DNA from: Catajapyx aquilonaris | Taxonomy: Eukaryota | Assembly: GCA_000934665.2 (NCBI GenBank) | Contig: KZ538730.1 | Span: 1 to 50,541 of the forward strand | DNA length: 50,541 bases | Direction: 5' to 3' | Part shown: positions 12,665-24,600 of the stretch, one piece after another | Numbering within the stretch: the stretch's first letter is position 1 | Layout: every line of letters begins with the position of its first letter | Notes under the pieces: model-generated | Seen by the model: only the letters and a program-made list of their open reading frames with translations | Databases searched by the model: none | What the model was told of the DNA's origin: nothing | Program-made: the position numbers and the translations under genes

Positions 12665-15600
12665 ATTATATCAAAAGCTCAGTCTCCGTTTTCAGGTAAC
12701 CCTGTCTCTCTATATACTAGGCTAGCATACTCTCTCTCTGTGTAGCAATGTTACACAGTTTATTTTTGTCTGTGACCCAGGCATCCTGTTTCGCCTAGGG
12801 TCAAATTCGATAAAGCTCGTTGCTGATTCCTGGTTTTCAGCTAAAGCGAAGCAACGAGTGACGTCACATGGATGATGGATGTGGGTTTGGATTGGGTTGG
12901 ATGACCGGACTGGTTGTTTCTCGATTATTAGACATACAGCAGACTTGTGGTTAAAGGTCGACACAATTCTTGTCTTAAAGCAACAATTTAGCCCAGCCAA
13001 TTTGTGAAAATAGTTTCAAAAATACTGGATTCATCTATATAAATAAAGCCGTTTGTGAGTCTGTCTGTCTGTATGTCCGCCTGCCAACCGTCATTTGCCT
13101 GCCATCTGTAGTCAACCCCCTACACCTCCATCCTCTCCCGGCCTGGGGGTGGAGCACAGATGGCAGGCAAATGACAGCATATTCGTCCAATATTTATTGT
13201 TTAATTAGAATATCTTACAGTTGACAGTTTCCATGAACAAACGTTGGTAATGAAATTCTTTAAAGCTATGCAAATATTGGATTTTGTTGCCACGTGTGGA
13301 TTAGTTAGGATGCGACGTCATGACAGTGTACCTCATTCGGACTGTCGTCTCCTTAATTAAAGGAGACCCTTTTTCTTAGCGGATTTCGACCCCCTTGAGA
13401 AAGTACGAAAAAAATAAAGATAAGGCGAGACATTTTGCACTTTTCTTTGGCCAAAGTTAATAATATGCAAGACTTGTTTCCTGACGAGGCGATGGGTTCT
13501 GTAATTTGCATTCTGCATAAAATGTGCATTGCAAAACAAGCTAGGGAGCTACGGAAAGTTAGTCATTTGCTTATGTAGGCGACGCCCCGAAGGTATCAAA
13601 GTATACACCAAGGGACGAATGAAATTAGCGCAAAAAAAAAAATCATTTTTTTTGTTGTAATTAGTACACATGACGTATATGTCGTTCTTAACGTTTGATT
13701 TAACATGTAGGCTACGTGCTTTGATGATGTTGGATCAAAATTAATTTTTTAAAATATGTTAAATATTTTAGCATTGCCTGAGCTAGTTCTAATCAACTCT
13801 TTTTGCATATTGCAATACCTGTAACTGTATGACTGGAGCTTGGATTTTTTTTTCACTTGATATGTTTGATATAATATTGATAAAATATTACAGGTTTTAT
13901 GTAAAACACTGATTAACTCCGGTTTGTTGCGGTAATAAAAATGGACAATTACATTCGTCACGTACCGTGTACCTCTCCCCACATTAGTCAGCAGTTGAAT
14001 ATTAATGTACGGCATGTTTTCATGACGGTGTGTAATTACCTGAAGTATGACTGGCGCAGAATAATTACGACCAGCAGCAATAAATGTGCGTATGCAAATG
14101 AGTAAGCTAAGTGCAATCTTGGGTACCATAGTCTGACGCATGAAGCAAACGCTAATGAAATTTGTGCGCAACAATAAATGTACAGAATCTAAGCAAAATA
14201 TGCAAATGTAATTTCAACCCAATTAAATTTTCGCTTGCTATATATGAGTTATGAATTAATCAATATGGAATATTTTTTTAAAAAAAATCACGGATTAGCT
14301 GTTTTTTTCCGCCAATATTTTCCGCTAAATTTTTTCTATTTACTTCCTGTTCATACAAAGGCACAAAGCCCACATAATGTTGTATGCAATGCCACACTGA
14401 AATGGAAGTAAATGAACATTTCAGCCAGGCGACACCCAACTCGTCGGCGCTTTTGAACCTTTATTAACCCCCCTCGGAATCCGCAATATTATTGTGCAAA
14501 CCATCCCTAAATTGATGGGAGAGGGGGGGGGGGACCTTGCAATTGGCCTGCGGACCTGTCATCACGACACGCAACTTCAATATTATTCCGACCTCATACC
14601 CTGAATAATGGCACGTTTTGCAGATCCGATTATATGGGGGGGAGAGGTTCAAATCGAGCTGCAAATATTGCAGGCCAAACCGATCAGTGCGGAAAATAGT
14701 TTGCAATAATATTGGCATGTGCGAAGGTTTTGCATGGACTGCAAATCAATGCAACAACATTCAGTGGGACTAACTGGATTGTATAGTACACTAAATGCAT
14801 TTAAATGCATGAAAATATTCAGATAAGTGCATAATATGGGATCCGGAATTTTCGCCCCCGTCATTTCGCCCCCGGACTTTTAGCCCCCGGAATATTGGCC
14901 CCCGTGACATATTCCACTTTGAAGCATTCTACTGGGCATTTATAGTGAAGTGACCGGCGGGGGCGGGCGCTGATTGGCTCGCTGTTTCGTTGAGCTGTGG
15001 GAAAGTGCACTTTAAGCTTTCAAAGTAACCAGTTATTTTTAAAGAACTTTTGTACCTTCTTGAGCTATACTCTTTACCTGCACTGTTTATTGCCAGGAAA
15101 TCTCATTTTCGAGGAGCAATATCGGTAAATAAGACCTGAGACTTCGGTATATGTCTGGTGTATATAGTACTCTCTCTCTCTTCTCAATTTAATCTCGCGA
15201 GTCATTTTTTATAGCTGGCGATTTGGGCAGAGACGCTTGGCTTTTTTTGGCTTGGGGAAAAAAACGGGCGTCATTTCATCTCATATAGGCCTATATCTTC
15301 TAGTCTAGACGCCTCTGGGATTGCTCTCATTTTCTGGGGATGCAGGACCCTGGTATATCTACGAGACACGACGGATTCTAATTAATATAAAGAACCGTAG
15401 ATGGCGTCATAGAGCAGATGCTACTTGAGTTATAGTCAGGACGATAGCGTCTTGGAGAGTTTTTTGAAAAGAAAAATTCAGTATTGTTGTGAGTCAGTGG
15501 TTCATGCCTTTTTCCTGTTGCGATGTACCCCAAGCGGTCTTTGTTGCGAGATTTTTCAATCGCGAGCTCAGCACGATATTTATAGGCTTACTGCTATGGA

Positions 15601-18600
15601 ATTTTTTCATATATATGTATTTAAAAAAGCTATTGAAATTCATCATGCGTAATGCTAACTCTGCTGGCATTGTTACGTCATGTATTAGGCTACGTCATGA
15701 ACGCCAGGTCAATTTTATCTGCACGTGTACTGTACAGTATATAACACGTATATAAGCTGATATTTGTTGCGACAAAGCCTTTTCATACATCAGGCTCTGT
15801 AATTTGGCAAATGCGTGGAGCACAACAATGAAAAAAGCCTTGTTGAGACTGGATATCCGTCACACACCTTTGACATTTTAAAATCCTTGTAATTCTTTGG
15901 ACCTCTTGGCATTATTGTCATTTGTAGTCCAATAAGCTTTGAGCTGGCAAAAAAAATACGCATTAAGTATTCCGTCAGTGTCGCCCTCTATCCCTGTGAA
16001 AAGTACATTTGGCAAGCTTATATCAAAGTGAATAGCTAATTCAGGTTTAACTACACTTTAATTACTCTTCGCTTTTAGCTGCATAAGAAAACGGGGTTTT
16101 GGCGCAGTTTTACTGTATATACTCTCCGTCTGGGTTACTGCGGGGCTTTTGCAAACCCCCCCCCCCCCCCCCNCCCCCCCCCCCCCTCAAGGCTGTGTGT
16201 TTCAAACCCAAAGTTTACTTGATAAAAGTGAGAATAATAACGATTTTAAGTTATGCACCTTAATTATTTACATATTTACCTGGAAGCCACCGGAAAGGGG
16301 GAGGGAATTAGTATAGGCCTTTATACCGTTCCTATATGCTTAATGCTTATATGACATATGTTTGCACGATATGGCAACACCGCCTTAACATGAGGCCTTA
16401 TCGCACTAATTAGTGTATTAAAACTGCAGCATTCAACCCCACATTTTCAATTATTTACGTAATTATTATTTTGTTGTTTTATTTAATCGTTTATTTCATA
16501 CTTCATTAGTTATTTTCTTTTAGCTATTTTATTGGTTATTTCACTTATATATTCTCCAGCTATTTATTTAGCTATTATATTATATTTATTGGTCATTTTA
16601 GATTTATCAATTTCCATTTATTTCATGCATAGCTATTTTATGAGTTTCTTTAGCTGTTACATTATTTACGTTTATTAAGCTATATTTTATTTGTCATCTT
16701 TTTTGGCTATTTTATAGATTATTATACACAATTTTCCCAGTTATTTTATTAGTTACTTGTTTAGCTATTATGTTATTTACATTAAGCTATTTTATTGTTT
16801 ATTTCATATTTATAGTGATTAAGGTACGGTATTTTATCAGTTATCAGTATTTAGCTATTTTATTTAATAATTTTGTTCAGTTGTTTATCTAGTTGTTTAT
16901 TTTGTTATTTTATTCATGGATAATTTTTAACTGTTGCAAAGAGCATAAACAAATAATATATTCCTATACTTGTTGCTATTGTAAAGCACCAGAACGCATG
17001 TAAAGCAGTGCAGAAGCCCTCCCCCGGTAATTATTACTGAAACGAAGTCTCACCCACCCTTCCATCCGTTACCTTGGTAATTTAATTTGACCGAAGCATA
17101 CCCCCCCCCTCCCCCCACCGTGCTAAAGGGAATAAAAATTACTCATTACGTTCCGGCACAGCGCACGCGACGCTTGGACGCAGTAATTCAATCAGCAGTC
17201 AGAGTCATGACGTTACTATACGCGTTATTACAACGGGGAAACTCCGGCGGTCGCAACAGGTAGACTCTGAGAGGTCAGTTTTTGGTGACCTTGACCCTTT
17301 TCAAAATGTATCGAAAAAGATAATGCAAAAAGTCTGACCGTGACGTCATCGGAATAAACGTCGTTACTATGGTAACAAGAGAGGGATGATCAAGGAAGTC
17401 GATACTGCGCATCTTTTTTTATATATGAAAAAATTGTGTGTCTGTAGGCCTACTGGTATGACGGCACACTGTTGTTGTCGTTTTCAAAAATGAGCGAAGG
17501 CTACGAAGCCTGCGGTATGCAGGAGATACCGAGACGGCTTCTTGGACAATAGACCGTGTCTAAATTGGGAGGTTGAAATAGCACGTCAAGCTACGCAATA
17601 ATATAGCCAACCGAAGAGGGCACATTGGAAATCGAAACTGCGGTGTATATATGTATACATGCAGCGTGGATGTAAAAACATTTAGGATCAGTTATCAATT
17701 TTGGGTTTACTCTGAACACAACCACAAAGTTGTTTCAATTCAAACAGTAGCTAGGATAAACAACGAGAATGCAGTTCTAAATGTTTGAAAAATAGTAAAA
17801 GCTGATAGAATCTTATAATGTGCACTTGTTGGATTCAAAATGGTCAACAACAGTAACGAGACGTTAACCTAACCCTACCTCACCTTACCTAATATAATAT
17901 CATAACGTTCAGGTCAGGTTAGGTTAGGTTAGGTTAGGTTAGGTTAGGTTAGGTTAGGACCTAACCTAACCGTATCTAAAACCTTACCTATCATTACCCT
18001 ACCTAACCTAACCTAACCTAACCTAACCTAACCGTATCTAAAACCTTACCTAACATTACCCTACCTAATCCAACCTAACCTAACCTAACCTACCCAAACC
18101 ACTTTGACAGATCACACCACTTTTGGCTGTACAGCTATTTATTTCTCGATCAATTAAAATTTTAAACAGGCTCAAACTATATAGCTATTTAATGTCTCTC
18201 TCTTTTCCACAGCATTACTTTGCCATCACATACAGAAGAGAGAACCAACGGCAGTATGAACTTCGCGCCGAGACGGACTCTGATTGCGTGGCGTGGATCG
18301 ACGCTATTCGAGGAGCGAGGTGAGTTTCGCGTCCAATATTATTGTGTCATGACACGCGATTCGTCCTGGACTCTCTAAAACGGGGTCATTAAAACCCAGA
18401 CACATGGGTACGAACCCATCTGAAAACATGCTCTCAAAATTATTGCCCAATTTATCCAACAGGATAATGGGGTTGGATAATAATCAGGACAGTATTCTAG
18501 TCACATTTGAGCTGAACAGATGGCGCTAGTGGTTCTGCTATTAAACTATTAAAACATATAGGATCCTGTACTGCCATCTTGTGGTATATTCCCAATAGCA

Positions 18601-21600
18601 GTGGGTTGCATCATGCCAGGATGAAACAAATCGTAGGTGGAAGCCTTTAAGAAGATTTTGTCACAATATATTTCAAGATATTTCTGCTTTTTTGCACATG
18701 TATGGACCCTGTAGCTTCTTGTAAAATTCAAAGTCTCTCGACACCGATTTCGTAGGCACCATTGGCATCAAGCAGCGATTGACTCTTCAGAGCAACATAA
18801 TCCTCAGGAGACGATGAGACTTATCTGCAACTGAAGCTTCTTTTGAAGCAAGATCTGAGACCCAATTTCCCCGTGAGTTTGCCGTCGAGTTGCGTTACGA
18901 TAGTCGAACCTCTTTTTTTCCGATATACAAAGGACACTGTGTACACCCGAGGAAAGGAAATCTATGCAACCAATCCCTGCTTTCCAGCTATTCAATAGGT
19001 TGAAGGACATGTCTTTTGATCATATATAAAAATTTTTTTGTGAGAGATTGGAATTGAACATTTTTGTACCTATGAATCAGGTAAATATACCGCGGGCCAG
19101 TTTTTTGTTATAAACAAAAAAAAGTCGGGTTCTTTGCTTACAATTGAATTTCGGTTCGGTTTTTGGAGGTAATATCAAAAGGATTTAAATTAGCTCGTTA
19201 GTCCAAAAGGTTTTTTTTTTAAATTACTGTGATTACTGAATAGCCTAATGATTTTTGCCCGAATATTTTGCGTCGTCATTTTTGAGATTATCGGCTTGAT
19301 ATGTTTTTCAAACGTAATGTTCTACGATGTGAATTTTAAAGCTCAATTTTACGATATTACTTTTATAAGTGCAATATTTACGACATGAATTTTATACCGC
19401 TATATTTTATTTCATAAATTCTAAAGCGCAATATTTTACGACGCGAATTTTTGAAGCGCCACGTTTTACGCCATCAATTTTAAATATCAATAATTTGCTA
19501 TATGAATATAAATCGCAATAATTATGTTAGTACTATATGCATGTTTCAAGCGCAAAATTGTTCGCCATAAATTTTAAAGCGCAATATTTTATGACATGAA
19601 TTTTAAAGCGCAATATTTTATTTCCTGAATTCTAAATCGCAATATTTTACTACGCGAATTATTGAAGCGCAACATTTTACGTCATAAATTTTACGAGTAA
19701 AACGTAATCTTTTGCGACATGGTTTTTAAAGCGAAATATTTGACAATATAAATTTAAAGCGCAATTATTTTACGACATGAATTTTTGACCACAATTTAAA
19801 CATTGAAGTCATAGCCCCAAAATTAATGCACTAATGTTGTAACCTGACTAAATTAAACTCTATGTCAATAACTGCCCGTACCAATAGTCACGGTCGGATG
19901 ACTGTGGGTTGTATCTGGGTAATAACGTTAAAACCGGGACGCGAGCAAATTATCCCGGGTGTAAATAAGCTTAAAGGTTTCAACTCATGTGACGATGTAG
20001 CTCAATAAAATTTGATTTTACGCCCGTCCTGATACATTTGATTAACTGACACATTTTGAGAGGGGGGGGGGGGAAAGCCAGGTTTAAAAAATTTGATAAA
20101 AAACTGGAAACTCTTGGGAACGACGTCATCATTCCGCAACTAATTTAATCCTATGCATGTTGCTCATTAAAGGTAATTGCATCAAAAACAGTTTCAAAGT
20201 GATCAGTGTTTGAGGGGATTTAAGCAAGAGCGTTTCAAGTACTAATTTTAATGCTACAAACGCTTCAAATTTTAAAGGTCATGTGCTTGACTTTTATTAC
20301 ATAAAAATTGAAAGCATACTTTTTTTGAATAGGTATACACTATTTTGTACAAAAAAATTATTACATCAGTTACAGTCATGTAACCTTTAGCATCATACCC
20401 TTCAGGCTTATTTCCAACTCCGCGCAATAATAAAAATGGAATGAAGCGCAAATATTTTCATAGCAAATAAAACTGCCAACGACTTTTGCCGACTCCGCAA
20501 AAATTAATTCAGCTAACTGCAAAAAATTGGTTGAAAATTAGGGCTTCTAGATTTTCCAACCCATTAATGTCACATTAGCTATAAAATATGACCCTACTCT
20601 CATATCCATATAATGATCATATTTATTATGTGACACCCCCTTTTTCAATTATGGAGACAACAATAGAGGTGTTGGAAGGGACATTGTTGCAACCGATGCC
20701 TGCAGGTCTTGTAACATTTCATGCGTATTGATCTCTAGCCTCCTCATATTTAACGCATCCTGCGCCGTTGAGTGGAAAACACATTTGCGCAGAATAGGTC
20801 TGGACCAACAGGTGGACTTCGTACGAAAAATTTTTGCAAAAATGTCAGTACATGACTTATCACAATTTTTTTTTTGCGATCAAAGGAAATATTGCAATTA
20901 GAGTTGGTATATGGTTCGCTGGATTCCAAAGGATTCCAATTTTTGTATAGGACTTCCTAGTAATTCGAGAAACGTTCGCCATTTTTGATTTAGCGAAAGG
21001 TCCACTAACTTTTGATCAGTTTTATGGCTTTTCAAGTCCAACATTGCAAGGTTTATGAGATAAACAATCTGCGCAGAATCGAGCTGATAAATGAATAAAT
21101 AAATACCAAGTGCGTGATACCGTTGGAGGAAATGTCTCTGTGGATTTAACGCATATATAGGATTTTATCGATCATACTATGCAAACTATGAGGCGCAATT
21201 CGAAAATTACCAGGGACTGAGCTGGGATATGTCACTAAAGTTCGCACAATAAGCTGGTTTTAGAATCAGAATCGGCTACGCTTTCGTAATTGGACACCCA
21301 GCACTTTTACCTACTTTACTAGTCGTGTATCTGAAAGATAGGCGTGTATCCGCTGAAGATGGGCACGTTTCCGCTGAAGATGGGCATGTATCCGCTGAAA
21401 AAGTTAGATCATGTGTTATGTTGGTACAGCGTGCCCCTACCCATTCCACATTCCCTCTCCCGATATGAAAGTCTTTCCTCAGAGTCAATCTTTTCTCAGA
21501 GCTAGAAAGGGTAAAATCGTTAGGAAAACCAGTTCCAAAAAGCTGGTTTATTATTCCAAGAATGCGACCTCCGGAATATTCGGAGGCCTTCATACCTTTC

Positions 21601-24600
21601 TGGAATAGTAAAGGGGGGGTTGTAATAAATTAAATCTGGGAGGTGTACCTCCCCGGATTTTAAGCGTCCCCTGAAGATATTTCGACATGCTCAAGCTTTA
21701 ATGAGAAGCTTTGATTCTGACAAGAGCTGCCTACCAAAAGATGTAATTAGTTACAACCCTACCTCCCTCAAAAATGTGACATTTGAACAGGGGAATTATG
21801 ACTGCGCAGTACTGCGCAACAAAAGCTTGATCGGTAAACAAGGTAACAATTGCGTCTATTGTTTTCTTATAGATGAAAAGATGTGGAAAGATAACAAGGT
21901 TTTCATCTTCTTTTTTGATAGTTGCTGCTTCCCAATTAATCAGATTGCGTTTTATAGACTAACGAATCTCGTTTGTTGCGGACTTGTTTGCAGTTTCAAC
22001 AAGTTGCTACTCCAAAAGGAAGAGCTGGAGCAGAAGTACCTGCATCTTCTGCAGATTGTGGAGAGCGAGAAGACGGCCAAGTGGCAGTACACTCAGCAAT
22101 GTGACGAACTTACTACCGAGATCAAGAAACTCAGGTCTGAGGTGAGTTCAGAAGTTTATTTCAGGTAATATGCGCAGAACGGCTGCGTGGTAGGAGCAAT
22201 ACGCGCCGAACGGCTGCGTGGTAGGAGCAATACGCGCAGAACGGCTGCGTGGTAGGAGCAATACGCGCCGAACGGCTGCGTGGTAGGAGCAATACGCGCA
22301 AAACATCTGCGTGGTCGGTTTGACCTGCGCAGATTTACTTAAACGCCTAAAACTATGCCCATAGAGTCTGTGAGTTACTAACTATTATACAAGGTGTTCC
22401 AAATTCGCGGGTCGTTTTTTATAACTGATATTGCCTGATATTAGTTATTTTTGTAGCTTGTTGTGACCCTAATCAGGTGCCCCATTCTGTAGCACCTGGT
22501 TAGTGGCAAAACAAGCTACAAAAAACTACTACACATATCAGACAATATCAGTTATTTAAAAACCCATCCACGAGTTTGGGAAACCATGTACAATGCAATG
22601 GGTGGAATTTTCGTCCCCCTTCTAGTTACTGCTAACTTAGCATCAGTACCAGTGTTAAGGATTACTGCTAAGTTAGCGGTAACTAGCAGTGGGACGAAAA
22701 TTCCACCCAATATGTTTAAATACCGTGACAAAATGGGCATGTGCGCGGAAGAGCTGCGTAGTAGGAGCAAGATGCGCAGAACAGCTGCGTGGAAAGATCA
22801 TATGCTCAGAACGGCTCCGTGGTAGGAGTAATATGCGTAGAACGTCTGCGTGGTCGGTTTGACCAGTACAGATCTACTTCAACGCGTAAAAATATGATCA
22901 TAGAGGCTGGGAGTTACTAAGTTGTTACGAACAATCTTACATAACAAAGAAGAAAGTTTGTATGCCCGGGGTATCTAACCCACTTCCTGACTACTGAGAG
23001 TGCTGAAATTTGGTACACTGATGGCTTACGTGCTGCTGATTAAGGAAAAGTCCGAAAACTGCACTTTTTAAAGTCTTTACGGTACTAAAATTTCGGATTT
23101 TTCAGATATGTGGCAATTCTAGCTCACTTTACCATAGAAACAAGCCGTACGAAGAACGGGCTCCGCTTCTAGTTCTATAGATAATAGACCATAGCAAAAA
23201 GCAACAGAATTTTAGTCGACAATAGAGACGGATGAGTGCATGTCCTGTATGCGTGTTGAGAAACAATACGCTATGTATGCACATTGTAACATTACAACTC
23301 CCATTTGTGTTCACAACAGAGAAACGCCTTCTGATGCATTATTAACCAGAGCCTTTCCCGTTCTGACGACCCGTTTCCATTGTGGTCGAATTGATTTCTG
23401 TTTTCCATGTTGATCCATCAGTAGTATATAAGTAGACCACATCTATACCTTTTCATACACGTGGAGTTGTGCCCTGGAGATAACTCCCCAGCTCTTGTAT
23501 TTGCACCCGACCCCGTTCGTTGGGACAAGCAGACTAAATCCTCTCCCTTTCTTTGTTGACCATCCCAGTTGGAAAGGGGGAGGGCACAAAAGGGTTCTCA
23601 TGTTGTGTGTCCCTTATGAATGGGGAATCATTTGCGGGAGGATCGTGTGTCTATTTGTTATGCCTTTACGAGGGATTTCTGGGAGATAAACTGGGGGCTC
23701 AGGTTAATCCGAAGAGGTCAGTTACACTTTAGAGTGCATGAACCTAACAATTTAATCGGAGAAAATCTGAGGGTATACTGCAAAAATTTAGTTATGTGTT
23801 TATTTACACTTAATTAGTGTTAATTTTCAGCTTATGGGCACCGGAAGTGATTTTTCATAATCGCGTTCCAAGTTTTATTTGGCCGAGTTACTGGTGCAGC
23901 GTTCTCTTTGGACTGCCGTTGCGGGCGTTTCGATGGAGGTACGGACCTGACATTTTCACAGTATGGCGAAGAAGAGCCAATTGAGCCTCCGACGGAGTTT
24001 CGATCAATTAGAATAAAAATTGCGAGATCTACAAGAGGAGGAGTTTTGGAAAAACGGCTCACGACATCTTGGCTCCGGATTCGAATTTGGAAAATATCTC
24101 GACGGTCATCGATGGCCACGGTTGTTCTCTCTTACTCCTCCAAAGCGAGATTAATTTCGGCTATTGGTTTTTGCACAACTATTAAAACGGTTTCACCACC
24201 TCACCTCGTAAAATCGGCGGATGACTTTGGAACGCAGAACAGTTGGTTCCCTGTCCAGGTTGCCAGGGAACCGGACAACCGGTTCGGGCTAAATAATTTA
24301 AAAAGCGCGTGTGGGCAGCAGGGAACCAATTTCGGAAGTACCCCCTCCGATTTTACGAGGCGAGGTGGTGAAACCGTTTTAATAGCTGTGCAAAAACCAA
24401 TAGCCGAAATTAATCGCGCTTTGGAGGAGTAGGAGAGGATAATTGTGGCCATCGATGACCGTCGAGACATTTCCCAAATTCGAATCCGGAGATAAGATGT
24501 CATGAGCCGTTTTTCAAAAACTCCTCCCCTCGTAGATCTCGCAATTTTGATTCTAATTCATCGAAACTCCGTCCGGGGCGGAACTGGCCCTTCATAGCCA

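Noticed and set aside
16156..16186. Long poly-C run as a G-quadruplex or i-motif element
   Set aside because: Contains an N, so the homopolymer length is unreliable in this assembly.
18808..18872. Exon-like segment cag|...[21 protein letters not shown]|gtgagt
   Set aside because: 65 nt breaks the frame, the acceptor is weak, and exons B and C already join seamlessly; at most a cryptic or poison exon.
22167..22320. 31-bp repeat array resembling a CRISPR array
   Set aside because: Units are contiguous with no unique spacers, there are no cas genes, and the context is a eukaryotic intron.
23832..24503. Overlapping 95-174 aa ORFs on both strands
   Set aside because: Mirror-image translations of a palindromic element; no transposase motifs.
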